Source of the DNA: an uncultured Gammaproteobacteria bacterium
Lineage (GTDB): Bacteria; Patescibacteriota; Microgenomatia; UBA10105; UBA927
Length of the DNA stretch: 64,000 nt
Direction of reading: 5' to 3'
NCBI GenBank assembly: GCA_964629685.1
Contig: CAZVTT010000003.1
Location: 86,038 to 150,037 of the forward strand
Shown here piece by piece: positions 1-11,700 of this stretch. Position 1 is the stretch's first letter. Each line of letters opens with the position of its first letter. Position numbers and translations under genes: made by a program. The notes under the pieces are model-generated. The model did no database searches and was not told the origin of the DNA. It was given only the letters and a program-made list of their open reading frames with translations.

Positions 1-46
1 GGGAGCTGTCCTGGCAGCACTTAGGAATCCCGATGCCGCCATCCTT

Positions 47-1096
47 TTGGTCTGGTGGATATGTATTCCGGTAGCCGCCATCATATTTACCGGGAACAAA
101 CATATTATTTCCCAAATATCGCGGTATATTTATTATTCGCTTCCCGCATATATCCTCCTGCTGACATTTACCGTATCGGAAACCTTCAGAATTATTACGG
201 ACTGTATCAGCCGCATGATTCCAAAACACAAATATAAATCCCCGCTTACGTCCGGAATTCAAATAGTCTTTACTTTGGGGTTTTTGGTCTTCATATTCGG
301 CCCTCAGCATCTTCCGGTTATTGCTCACCCAGATAACCGGAACGAGTACGAAGATATGATCGGTATCACACAAAAACTGACCGAATTGGGTCCCTTTTGT
401 CTGGCCAGTGACAATCAGAATATGCTGCGTTGGACTATCTGGTATACCCGGGTGTATCACCAAAATTCCGGTTTACCCTACCGATGTAATCCAGACTCAC
501 CCATACTGCTCATGATTCCCGGCGACGGAAAAGGCATGGGCATACCCCAAATCACCTGGCAACCGGTCTGGAAACAGGAAGGTATTCCCACCCGTACCCC
601 GTTCTTTGTTACCCGCGGCGTCATTCTTTATCGGGAACCGAGACCGGTTACGGGTATATCTACCGATACCACGGGTTTACTTACACTCCCGTTAAACGAA
701 ATTGCCGGTTGGAAAATACAACAGGAATCCACGAATGTCGCCTGGATCCAGTTCCCTGCAGGAGTAAAACCCGCGGATAAAACACAACCCGGGGTGCTAA
801 TGTACTCGGTAAAACCAGGATTTCCCTTTGCAGCCACCGGTGCTGCCATTACAGCCCAAACTGATGTTCACGGAACCGGGAGTTCCGTCACCATTGCACT
901 GCGGAACGGCGATACGGAATTGGGGCGTGCTGAATTTTCCGGCGTGGGCACGGAGACAAAAGCGGTGCAGTGGCAAACGCCGATAACCCGGAATACCAAT
1001 CTAACGCTGGTACTTACCCTGGTAGACGACAACAGCGGCGCGTTATACTCCAGCGACGTTCGGGCCGAACGAATCAGCATCCGATTTACCCGGTAA
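47..1096 (+). CDS. hypothetical protein; start uncertain (the reading frame stays open back to nt 2, so the gene may be 5'-truncated by the window edge, or it may start at an internal ATG near 215 followed by a hydrophobic segment)
   Basis: 349-codon ORF, the longest in this region; only short antisense ORFs overlap it; same strand as and just upstream of the 1173..3137 gene; no recognisable catalytic motif. Confidence 0.4.
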   Translation: MVWWICIPVAAIIFTGNKHIISQISRYIYYSLPAYILLLTFTVSETFRIITDCISRMIPKHKYKSPLTSGIQIVFTLGFLVFIFGPQHLPVIAHPDNRNEYEDMIGITQKLTELGPFCLASDNQNMLRWTIWYTRVYHQNSGLPYRCNPDSPILLMIPGDGKGMGIPQITWQPVWKQEGIPTRTPFFVTRGVILYREPRPVTGISTDTTGLLTLPLNEIAGWKIQQESTNVAWIQFPAGVKPADKTQPGVLMYSVKPGFPFAATGAAITAQTDVHGTGSSVTIALRNGDTELGRAEFSGVGTETKAVQWQTPITRNTNLTLVLTLVDDNSGALYSSDVRAERISIRFTR

Positions 1097-1172
1097 TTTT
1101 CCTGACTTTCCCCGTACATATACCCTGTTTTTCGTTTTCCTTTTATCCGTTTTTTCTTGTACAATTGTTTCC

Positions 1173-3137
1173 ATGGATCAGCATGCCCGCAAATCTTCCG
1201 GACCGTCAGTGGTTACATTACCCCCCAAACCGCGCCGTTCTTTCGCCTTCGTTTCACTCTTATCATCACCCGTCGTATTGCTGCTCTTAGTCATTGCCAG
1301 CGTAGTACTCCGACTTATTTTTATTCCCAATCCCGGTTTTGAAGCCGACGTCTCCTTCTGGAAATCCTGGGGACTGGCACCGCTGGACCATGGGTTAGTC
1401 TGGAGTATGCACAACACCAATAATAACTACCCTACGCCGTTTGCATATTTTCTGATGGTGTTGGTAAAAATATATAGTTTGTTTGCGGACCCCCATAATT
1501 TTAACGAATTCTGGAACAACTCAAATGTATTGTTTCTGGCCATCGCCAAAACTCCTTCCATACTGGCAGACTTCGGTATTGCTGCACTCTTTGTCTGGAT
1601 CGGGAAAAACGCCAAACGACTGGGATTTCCGGCATTGGGACTGCGGTACTATCTGGGTTTAGGATTCCTGTATCTGCTCAGTCCTATTTCCATTATGGAC
1701 GGGGCCTGGTGGGGTCAGGTTGATAGTATCGGAGTCATCGTCTTTTTATTTGCCATACTGGCTGTCCTTACCAAACGGCCCTTCCTTGCCGGACTGATTT
1801 ACATTACGGCCATGATGACCAAACTGCAGAACATGATTTTCGGCCCGCTGTTTTTTGTATTTGTGTGGCAGATGTTAGGAACACGCGGACTGATCCGCGC
1901 AGTCGCCGGGTCTATGCTAGGATTTTTAGGACTGAACATCGAATTTTTACTCGCCAAAGATATGGGGCGGGTGTTTCAATCCCTCACCGACAACTATGAT
2001 TACTTCCCGCTCATGTCCCTCAACGCCTACAACTTATGGTGGATTGCAGCCGGAGCCAACGGCATGAAAATGTCCGATAAAATACTGACCATCGGAATTA
2101 TGAATGCCAAGCAGGTCGGACTTATGATGTTTGCCGGCATGTATGTATTTGCCCTTCTGCATCTCATGAGCGAAACCATCCGCAGCATGTGGAGCCGCTC
2201 ACTTACCTGGTCCAAAAAGGCACTGCAACGACAACAAAAACTGGTTGCCGAAAAAATCCATTCCCTGGAAGACGCCGGAAACCCCATGGTATTCCATCTC
2301 TTTACAGCTTTATCCATAGTCGTGGGAGCATTCTTTTTATTCCAAACGCAATCACATGAACGGTATGCGTTCCCGCTTACGGTATTTCTGTTACTTATGG
2401 CCCCATTTTTTCCGGCGGCAAAACGCCGTTTGTGGCTCTCCGGATATTTTGCTTACACGCTCATTTATTTTTACAATTTACATACTGCGTTCGCGTCTAA
2501 CTATCCACAGAACGTACTGCCTGTCTTACGGGATTTTAATGCACCGGGACTCACCATCGCCGTCTCGTATATACAGATCGGATTATTTTTATTGTTACTG
2601 GCATTTAACTGGAAACATATTCATAAACTGGTATTTGTTGCGGGATTCGGATTCATTTTCGGCATGATCGTGCTGGGTAATCTGTCCTATTTCGCCAAAA
2701 AACCCATCGCTCTCACCAAATTAACTCCTCATACCAGCCTGCAGGATTACGGTCGCCGGGGGAATAACCGTTCTACCAACGGAGCATACGGCCCCAAATC
2801 GTGGAGCCGTTTATCTACCCAGTATTTTTACTATAAAAAAGGAATAGGTACGCATTCTCACAGTAAAATTGTGTACCATATAAACGGATTATTTTCGACA
2901 TTTACCACAGACTACGGCATAGACACCGAAGCGGGATCTCCCGGGTCAGCCACCTTCCAGGTTTGGGGGGACGGAAAAATGCTATTCGAATCTCCCAAAA
3001 TGGGCCGATTTGATCAACCGAAGCATACATCGGTCGACATCCGGGGCGTAACCCAGTTGGAACTGGTAACCACAGACGGTGGTGATACGATAAATGATGA
3101 TCACGCAGACTGGCTCAATCCGAAATTAATACCATGA
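1173..3137 (+). CDS. polytopic membrane protein, GT-C-like (PMT/ArnT-like) glycosyltransferase candidate with C-terminal NPCBM/NEW2-like carbohydrate-binding domain (..DDHADWLNPKL)
   Basis: 654-aa ORF with ATG start; 10 or more hydrophobic helices; first predicted extracytoplasmic loop carries an acidic FEAD motif; C-terminal soluble domain ends with a DHADW motif typical of NPCBM domains; the stop overlaps the next ORF's start as ATGA. Confidence 0.6.
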   Translation: MDQHARKSSGPSVVTLPPKPRRSFAFVSLLSSPVVLLLLVIASVVLRLIFIPNPGFEADVSFWKSWGLAPLDHGLVWSMHNTNNNYPTPFAYFLMVLVKIYSLFADPHNFNEFWNNSNVLFLAIAKTPSILADFGIAALFVWIGKNAKRLGFPALGLRYYLGLGFLYLLSPISIMDGAWWGQVDSIGVIVFLFAILAVLTKRPFLAGLIYITAMMTKLQNMIFGPLFFVFVWQMLGTRGLIRAVAGSMLGFLGLNIEFLLAKDMGRVFQSLTDNYDYFPLMSLNAYNLWWIAAGANGMKMSDKILTIGIMNAKQVGLMMFAGMYVFALLHLMSETIRSMWSRSLTWSKKALQRQQKLVAEKIHSLEDAGNPMVFHLFTALSIVVGAFFLFQTQSHERYAFPLTVFLLLMAPFFPAAKRRLWLSGYFAYTLIYFYNLHTAFASNYPQNVLPVLRDFNAPGLTIAVSYIQIGLFLLLLAFNWKHIHKLVFVAGFGFIFGMIVLGNLSYFAKKPIALTKLTPHTSLQDYGRRGNNRSTNGAYGPKSWSRLSTQYFYYKKGIGTHSHSKIVYHINGLFSTFTTDYGIDTEAGSPGSATFQVWGDGKMLFESPKMGRFDQPKHTSVDIRGVTQLELVTTDGGDTINDDHADWLNPKLIP

Positions 3138-5689
3138 AACACATCGAAAAAATTATCGGAATACTACTGGTAGTTTTTGCTGTAGGGTTCAATTTGTGGC
3201 TTTACCGCCTGGAACCCACCGCTCTGAGTGATCCCAACGACAATACCTTTCAATTTGCCTTGGTAGACCGCACCAATCAGATGTGGGATTTCGCCGCAAA
3301 AGAATGCGTCAAAACCCCGTTCACCTATCCGCTCTGCTTTGTGGGTTACATGGTGGATCATTGGGTACCCAATTGGGCACAGGGATACAACCTCCCCTAT
3401 TACTACTCACATGTCCCGCAGATCGTCATCGTTGCCAGTTTCAAACTCATCGCACCGGTACTGGGAGCAATGTCGCTCTTTACGTATTACCACTGGATAA
3501 TTTATCTGTTGCTGTGTTTGTTCCCGATCTCCGTATTTCTGGGACTCAGAATAATCAGAACATCCTGGCTTACCGCCGGAATCGGTGCACTGCTGGCTTC
3601 CCAGCTCTCTACCGACGGACTGTACGGTCTGGACCCGCCATCATTTTTATGGCGCGGTTACGGATTATCCAGTCAGATGTTTGCCATGATCTGGATGCCG
3701 CTCGCAGTTGCATACGCGTACCGATTCCTGATGATTACATCACAACAACAATTTAACTGGCAAACGGCAGCTTATATGGAATGGCTGGCTATAACCAGGC
3801 CGTTTACCCTGGCAATCAACACTCTCCGTAAACGAATTTCTCCTGCACGGAAACGCGTTTCCTCCCCGGATGAGGAAGTAGAATACGCTCCGGAATTGCG
3901 TCGCCTGTTCTGGATGGCTGCAGGATTCGGAATTTTAACCACCGCTGGCCATTTGGGTATAGGAATCATGACTATATTCTCTATTGGCTTTCTGGGGCTG
4001 TCGCCGGTAATTATGTCGATTATGGAAAAGCAACCAGTAAAGGAAATATATTATTTATTGATCAAACAAAGTGTTCGTATCCTTTTGCTGGTGGGAGTCG
4101 TCGTTTTCTTCCTCGGATACTGGATTATACCCACCCAATTACACGGGAACTACCACAATATTTCCGTTTGGGACCCGGTATGGAAATTTGACTCATACGG
4201 CTGGGGTGAAGTCATGAATATGTTTTTTAACGGAGCTCTTTTTGACTTCGGACGCAGCCCCATTGTCACCGGCTTGGTAATTTTGGGTGCCTTCGCCTGC
4301 TTTGTTATTACAAAAAATAATGGTAAACCGGCAGACGCCGAGGCGCTTACCGGCAACAACCACCAACTGCCTTCGCCAACGCACTTACCGTTTGTTCCTT
4401 TTACCTTTCTGTTCGTGTTCTGGATGTTATTTTTCTTTGGTCGGGCTACCTGGGGCGGTCTGATAGATCTTATTCCCGGTATGAAAGAGGTGCATTTATC
4501 GCGGTTTATTGTGGGACTGCACATGGCCGGATTATTTTTAGCGCCTATCGGATTCACTTGGATCATCGAACAGCTCAGTACCTATACCGTCAGATTGCTG
4601 GCGTATGCCGCTAAACTTCCCGCATTGCGGACCAACACCGGACTCAGTCTCATGGTACTTTGGATTTCCGCTGCCGCCGGAATCGCCTGGCTCTTCCCTT
4701 CCATATATGTTCAGACCATCCGGTATAACGATCTGAATAACAAACTGATTGTGCAGGCCAATGATAATTTTGTTCGGGAAAAACCTTTTCTGGACGAAAT
4801 CTTTGCTACCTTCCGCGGCTTACCTCCTGCCCGTATTTATGCAGGCAGAGCCGGTTGGGGCAGTAAGTTTGAAATAGCGGAAACCCCGTATAACATGATG
4901 CTGTCCACCTACGGCTTATCTACCGTGATGTGGCTTCCCGAAACCTGGTCCATGAATTCTGATACCGAACAATTCTTTAGCGAAGACGTAGAGAACAACT
5001 ATAATTTATATAACATCCGGTATGTCGTTACCCCACCGAATATCGAACCGAAAACATTCTGGACTCCGCTAAAAGAAACATCCGAATGGAAATTATACGA
5101 AGTTAAAAGCACGACCGGATATATAACCACCGGTACCAATTCCATGGTTGTTTCCACCTCCAAGGAAACGCTCATAAATATGGTGCATCTTTGGATTCAG
5201 TCACCCCAACACGTCGACAGACTGTATCCCGAACTGTCATTTAAGAAAAAAATATCTTCCCAACTTCCGGTAATCCGGATGCTGGATGAAGTCACCTATC
5301 AAACGACAGACGGACAACAGAAAAATATTTTCGCCGATCCCCCCTTAGTTACCGGCGTAACACCGAACATAACGGAAGCGGAAGAAAAAAATATCGCCGA
5401 TATGATTTTCAGTACCTCCGTTACGGTAAATGAACCTTGTATAAACTGTATTGTCATCCTGCGGCACACGGATCATCCCAACTGGCAGGTTAAACTCAAC
5501 GGAAAACCGGTTGATCATTTTACGGTTTTCCCCTTCTTCGTCGCCGCCAGACTACCGGGTCCGGGAACATATTCCGTAGAATTCAGTTATAAACCATCCC
5601 TGCTTAAAATGCTTATGCTGAGTGCTGCCGGAGTCGCAGGACTCGTACTGTGCTGGGGTATATTCCTCTCCAAACGGAAAACCTCCTAA
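3134..5689 (+). CDS. YfhO-like large polytopic membrane protein (putative glycopolymer or glycosylation accessory protein)
   Basis: 851-aa ORF; start ATG overlaps the upstream stop (ATGA at 3134-3137), indicating translational coupling; N-terminal multi-TM block, large soluble region, and a single C-terminal TM (LSAAGVAGLVLCWGIFL), matching the YfhO-family layout. Confidence 0.55.
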   Translation: MKHIEKIIGILLVVFAVGFNLWLYRLEPTALSDPNDNTFQFALVDRTNQMWDFAAKECVKTPFTYPLCFVGYMVDHWVPNWAQGYNLPYYYSHVPQIVIVASFKLIAPVLGAMSLFTYYHWIIYLLLCLFPISVFLGLRIIRTSWLTAGIGALLASQLSTDGLYGLDPPSFLWRGYGLSSQMFAMIWMPLAVAYAYRFLMITSQQQFNWQTAAYMEWLAITRPFTLAINTLRKRISPARKRVSSPDEEVEYAPELRRLFWMAAGFGILTTAGHLGIGIMTIFSIGFLGLSPVIMSIMEKQPVKEIYYLLIKQSVRILLLVGVVVFFLGYWIIPTQLHGNYHNISVWDPVWKFDSYGWGEVMNMFFNGALFDFGRSPIVTGLVILGAFACFVITKNNGKPADAEALTGNNHQLPSPTHLPFVPFTFLFVFWMLFFFGRATWGGLIDLIPGMKEVHLSRFIVGLHMAGLFLAPIGFTWIIEQLSTYTVRLLAYAAKLPALRTNTGLSLMVLWISAAAGIAWLFPSIYVQTIRYNDLNNKLIVQANDNFVREKPFLDEIFATFRGLPPARIYAGRAGWGSKFEIAETPYNMMLSTYGLSTVMWLPETWSMNSDTEQFFSEDVENNYNLYNIRYVVTPPNIEPKTFWTPLKETSEWKLYEVKSTTGYITTGTNSMVVSTSKETLINMVHLWIQSPQHVDRLYPELSFKKKISSQLPVIRMLDEVTYQTTDGQQKNIFADPPLVTGVTPNITEAEEKNIADMIFSTSVTVNEPCINCIVILRHTDHPNWQVKLNGKPVDHFTVFPFFVAARLPGPGTYSVEFSYKPSLLKMLMLSAAGVAGLVLCWGIFLSKRKTS

Positions 5690-5727
5690 TCCTTTCCTTT
5701 CCCCATCATTCCTGAGTGAATTGTGTG

Positions 5728-8700
5728 TTAGGGTACAATTATCGGTCGTGGCGTATTCAGCAATCGCAATCTGGGACGTTGCCATGGGAATACAGGAGCT
5801 TCATAGATAAACGAACGGTTAAGAATTATAAGAAAATCTCCATTCTTTAAAGCCCGATCAGAATCAAGCATTCCATATATTGGACTATTATAAGGAGTAC
5901 CTGTTCTCCATCGTTCATCTTCTGGCATCACGATTTCTTGAAACCCAGTTACAATCTTAATTTTATCCCCTTCCAGGAAAATATTATTATCCTTATGAAA
6001 GATACGGATAGTTTGCTTAAATAAACCATTCGTAATAACCACCTCATTTTTTTCTAGACTCACAATTCTGGGTTCAACTTTTACACCGGGTATAAATCGT
6101 ATACTATCAAGCGTGGTATAGAGCTGAAGCACTGACAAAGAATTTACCCGCCGCATTGCGAGGTTTAACCTATTGATAGCTAAAGTCCATCGGCTATATG
6201 GTAAATATCGTTGAGTCATTCCATCTGCCTTTCGTAGTACTGCCTCAAGAATATTTTCAGTAGCAATAACAGTAATAGCAACATGCGGTTGCGTCGATGC
6301 CATACCTACGACAAATAGATCATGGAACGAAAGAAGTAAGCGATCCCACGGGACAACTGGTGGTTCGATAATAGGCTTTTCTTCCGGTATGGCGGGCGCT
6401 GTCTCAGATGTATTAACGGTCTCCATTCGTGTTCGGAAAAAACGCAGCACGCCTCGCCAAAACATCTGCCAACCGTCGTTCGCGATTATAGTACTAATCG
6501 ATCGATCTCCCATTCTTCCATCCGGCACCGCGCGAACCTCAGGTTCACCGATACGTATTACGGGTTCGGTAGGAACCAATTCCGGTCGGACATTTTGCTG
6601 ATAATACGCCAGAGCTTCTGCATACGTACCGAATTTTTCTTCACCCAACAATCGGATATACGTTTGCAGCACCTCAGGAATACCTGGCATATATGTTCTG
6701 TTGGACGCATCTGTGGTCGTTATTTTTTGAATCATGAATTCCCCGACTGCCTTAACTAAAATTCGGGATTTTCCGGAACTCACCCGGGATGCACTATTTA
6801 AGTCTCCTACTTTTGCCCGGATCACTTTACCGGTTACTTTATCGGTAAAAATAAACGTATTTACGTCTCGCACGTCATCAACTGAATAGCCCTTTTGTTC
6901 CGCTTCGACCAAACCAGCGAACAGACCATCCAGGATGGTCACCAATGTGGTATATTCCTTCCTGGCTGCTTCTTCCGCAATAACCCCGGTATAATCAGAA
7001 GCATCACCATCTGCAAGTTCCAAAAGCAGTACCGGAAACCCATTTATTTTTCCCTGATCAAGCATCGTCAGTAAAGACTCCTGTCCGGCAAGAGCCTGAT
7101 ATACCGCTATCTCTTTTTCCGTCGCTGCTGCGCGGGCGATGCTGGGGATCTTCACCGCAACTTCCATATCTCCTGCAGCCGTTTTCCGGATAGCCCGGTA
7201 CACCGTCGCCCCGCTACCTCCCAAAGATTCTGTCAGTCTCAATGTTTCCGAAATACCGTTTGTAGATACGAAACTCACATCAACCTGTTTCCCGTCTTTT
7301 AAATACCCGGTGATAAAATTGGTTATGGACTTATCCGTTATCGACTGATCAAACGAAACTACCTGCGTCTGGTTTTCCCGCACCTCTTCCTGTTCAACAT
7401 TCAAATCCGGTTGATACACCTCATCGGCAGTAAAAACTGCCGAATATGCAACACGTACAGGCATCTGCCAGAGATCATTTTCAATAAAATCCGCAGCAAG
7501 CCGGACCGGTTCACGCACGTACCCGGGAAGTGCACAAGCCGCATTGGCCCCGTCTGCGGCATATACCTGACGTATACCGGGAACCAACGAACTACAATTC
7601 TCTTCCGCGACCAACCAGGCCTGCAGTCTCCGTGCAAACGGAATCGCTATCCGGTCGCGTGCCAATTCTTCGATTGGGAAATACGCCTGTTCCGGCTCTT
7701 CCACCTCGGGGGCAGCTACCGGTTCAACCGGTACTTCCGGCTGCTCTGCCTGAACCTGCGGGGATAAATGAATTCTGAAGAAACGCTGTGGAAAATCCGG
7801 ACCGAAATGCTGCGTCGTGCGTTCTTCGCGTTCAATAACTCCTCTCCGGCTGTACATCCGGGATAGTGCTTCTGCGAGTGTTTGTTTATTGGTTCCGGTA
7901 AGATAGTCTGCAGCATGCGTTTCCACATGGGTATAACCACGCGCCACTAACTCTTTCTCCAGCACCTTAAGCATCCTGACAAATCCGGTTCCCGAAAAGC
8001 GCTGATCAAATACGGTAGAAGAAATATATGCCGTATCAGCTGATTGTTTATTCGCATAAATATATCCGATTACCTTAGCTCTTCCGTTTTCTTCAACCGT
8101 CTGCACGATCACAATGTTCTGCGGATTATTAAAATCCGCTTTCAACTGTGCTTCCGTATACCCCAGGTTAGCATTGCCGAAATTAAATCCCTGTTGCTCC
8201 AGTGCAAGCACATCCTCCCGTAAACCGGGGACTAAAGTCCAGGGATCACCATCCCATGTTGCCGGATTAAGTACTATTGTACCCACAGGAAACACCGGAA
8301 TATCGGTACTGTCAGGGGCCTGTTCTCCGGCAGCTACAGCCAATACCCGCTTGGCATTCCGGGATAACGGACGGGCAGATCTAATGGTATATCTATACCG
8401 CGGATGGAACGTTTCTTCTTCTATGGCAACTTGCTGTGCTTCAGGGGCAGCATACGTAGAAAGAATATACGCTTCAAACCCTGGCCGGTTCGATAATCCG
8501 CCGGCTTCGGTAGTAATATACAGTTCAAAACCCAGTGCTTTTGTAATTTTGTACAATGCCAGCATCGTTTGATCTATAAACTGTTCCTTTTTCTCAATTG
8601 TCAGCTGGCCTACAAAAGAAGTCGACGGATCAAATCCTATCATTACAAGCTTTTTATCCTGAATTGAGAACAAAACATCTCCGACCAACTCGCCATCAAC

Positions 8701-11700
8701 TATCATCCGGGCCATAGCCACGGAATCACGGGCCATGTCGTACGGAAAGTTTCCAAAGCATGTTCCGGAACAATTTCCCTGAAACAGATCCAGAAAATTC
8801 TTTGGTCCCAGTACTATTTCTACTGTTTTCTGATTCCGCACCGACTGGGTTCTGTTTACTGTTAACGCTTCTTTTATACCGGTAAATACGCGCCACTGTT
8901 CCGTACGGGTTACTCTCCCCTGCAAACTCTCTAATCCCATACCGCGGAGTACGTGCTGCAGATGCGTCGTAAGATCCGAAAGTTCGTTGTACAGTTCATT
9001 TCGCTCAGTAACCGGAAGTGACCCGCTTAAATACAGCCGGACGCGTTCCAATTGAATTTGGGCTAGTACCTGATTCACAATACGGAAGACAACGTCTTCA
9101 GGTACGGCAATTCTACCCAGTATATATCCCTGCATTCGTCCGACCGGATCGGCATCAGCCCGCATTCCTTTCAGAATATTTTCCGGAATTTTTTCCGTTA
9201 CATATTCTTCGTTTATCCCGTCGGCATTTACGTTCTGGAACACCTCTTCCACTTCCGCATGTAATGCTTCAATACCCGTGTTATCCTGGGTGGCCAAAGC
9301 AGTATTTAATACATCCTTCAGTTGTCCTTCAATTTCCGGAGGAAGTTCAAACAGCACGTCTTCCGTGGAAAATCCGAATGTTTCCGTAACGGTCCTTGCT
9401 ATACCGCGGGTTGTTATCTTCCCGTCTATATCCCGTATTACCTGAGGCGCGGAACGATTTTCCATCGGAACGGCAAGACGTTTGGCTATATCTTCCAAGT
9501 CACGGGTAAAATTAGAATCTACCCGTTGGATGTATACCGGATAAAATGCATATTGCTGCGGCGTCAGTGGAGTCCCGGAATGTATCCTCTGGGTAAAACT
9601 GTCATAAGAGTTACTACTTTCTGCCGCTATATTCCCAATGAGTTGCCTCCGGGTTTCCCTGTTCTGTTCATCCTGTAATTCGGGAGATAATACTAACGCA
9701 TTCAAATAGACCCCTGCCCGCTGATCTATGGCTAAGTCCGGCCTGACAGATAACAATTCCAGGAAGAGCGCCTTTTCCTCCGAAGTCATTTTTGCCGGGA
9801 GACCGAATTGCGAAAAGTAATATACGGCGTCAGGGTCATTCGGTGTCGGATAAATACCCCGGATTAACCGGGTAAGCTTAGTTACCGCCTGCGGAGACTG
9901 TTTTACTAATTCCGTAATCGCCCGCCCCTGCAACCGCAAGCGAATTTCACGGACGGTTTCCAACGGATACGACGTAATCAATTTCAACGCGAATGATGCA
10001 TCGTCATCTATCACCCATTGCGGGAGTAACACCTCATTTGTCGTGGCCTGTAACCTGTGCAGATAAGCTCTCCGGACAATTTGAGCATTTCCGGTTACGT
10101 CACGGGGATTTTCACGGATAGCTCCCAATTCAGTGCCGTCCACCACCGGTGCTATAACGGAAATCAATACCGGGTCAGCATAATCCAGTGCATGAGCCTG
10201 ACTGCTGATATATGCGGCATACTCAAGTGTGGCAGTCTCCTGATCTATTATGGCTGAAAACAACAATATCTGCTGTAGACCGTCAGCTTCATCATACTCT
10301 GAAGATCTACTGGCCAGCCGTTCGATCAGATACCCTGAAGCTTTGGTTAACACTATTTCCGGTCTGGTTACCAGCAACTGCAGGGCAATCAATCGCTCAG
10401 CTTCTCCCAGCTGTTCCGGGAACGTAATTTCCTGCCGCAGTTGTTCTGCCGTGGAAAGCGGATTCACCAATACCGATACTTTATTTACTAAAGCTGCCTG
10501 TTTGTCGGGATTGCTTTCCGCAAGAGCAACGATAGCCGGCTGACGCAGAAGTTGCCCTGCCTGACGCAAAGCTTCTACCGGAAGTGTTTGTACCATCCGG
10601 ACGGTGGCAAATGAATCCGCGCGTACCGCCCAGTCAGGTAGAATTTCTTCCCCCAGATACGCATTCAATTCACGGAAATATGCATGCTTCAACGCCGTCT
10701 GCTTGTCATAGGGTTTGGCATTGGAACCAAGAGATGCAAACTCATCCGCACTCAGAAGGGCTTTCATCATCGGGTCATCCAGATAGGTTACCCGGTAATT
10801 ACTGGTATTACGCATTAAAAAATTCAGAATATCTAACTTGGTAAACAGTCCTTCGGCCATCATAGACTGAAGTTCCGCAAATGCTCTGGTTGCAAGCTCG
10901 GCATTTTCCCGGTAACTGATCATTTTGAAGAAGCTCCCCTCAATAGACTCTCGGTAAGCCGTATCCGTGTCATATCCTGTGGCAAAACTCATGAACTCCG
11001 CTGTCGGAATTGTGGCTTCAGGGCCGATTGTCTGTTGCATCAGCTCACGCATGAGCCGGGTGGTGGCCTTCCCGTTCACGATATAATCCGGCAAATACTC
11101 GATATGTGCCAGAATGTATGCTCTAACACTCGGAGGTGCGTCAACAAATGCAGGTGCGTAAATCCGCACGATATCGGCATAGGAAATATCTTCCGGATCT
11201 TTTTCAAATAGTGTCAACAGATACTCCAACTGTTCGGACGATTCATTCCCCTCTTCACCGCGCACGCGGATCGATTCCGGTCGCTCCATCGAAAACGTAT
11301 TTATTGCCGTAACGGTTCGCAGATATTGCGCTTCCGGAATTCTGCTCAGTTGTCGGGAAGCAGCTTGCAACCGCGGACTCCGCATCAGCGACTGGAGTGA
11401 TACCTGAATTCCCAGTTGATGTAGCCGGTCCATATCATCCATTACATAGGGATGGCGGACAAAAAACCACAGCGTTTGCGGGGTAACGGACTTAAAATAG
11501 TTTAAGGTAATCTTCGTAGCTTTAAGGAAAAGCAGATACGTTACTTCCTTAACCTCGGCAGTAATCAGTGAGGGTTCGTTCTGTTCAATGTGTGAAACGA
11601 CTTCATTCACCCGCCGGACACCCAGCAACCTGAGCATCGCTTCCAGATAAAATCTCCCGCGGCGATCTGCCAGATTTTTCGGATTGGGAGTGATAGACTG

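Noticed and set aside
970-1420. Small ORFs 970..1290 (+), 868..1164 (-), 1157..1342 (+) and 1178..1420 (-) around the start of the 1173..3137 gene
   Set aside because: Overlapping, mutually exclusive short frames in the intergenic and 5' region; the 654-aa membrane-protein ORF explains the coding signal.
5552-5810. ORFs 5552..5785 (-) and 5622..5810 (+) in the convergent junction
   Set aside because: Each overlaps the 3' end of a long, well-supported gene (the YfhO-like or the giant gene) in another frame; no independent support.
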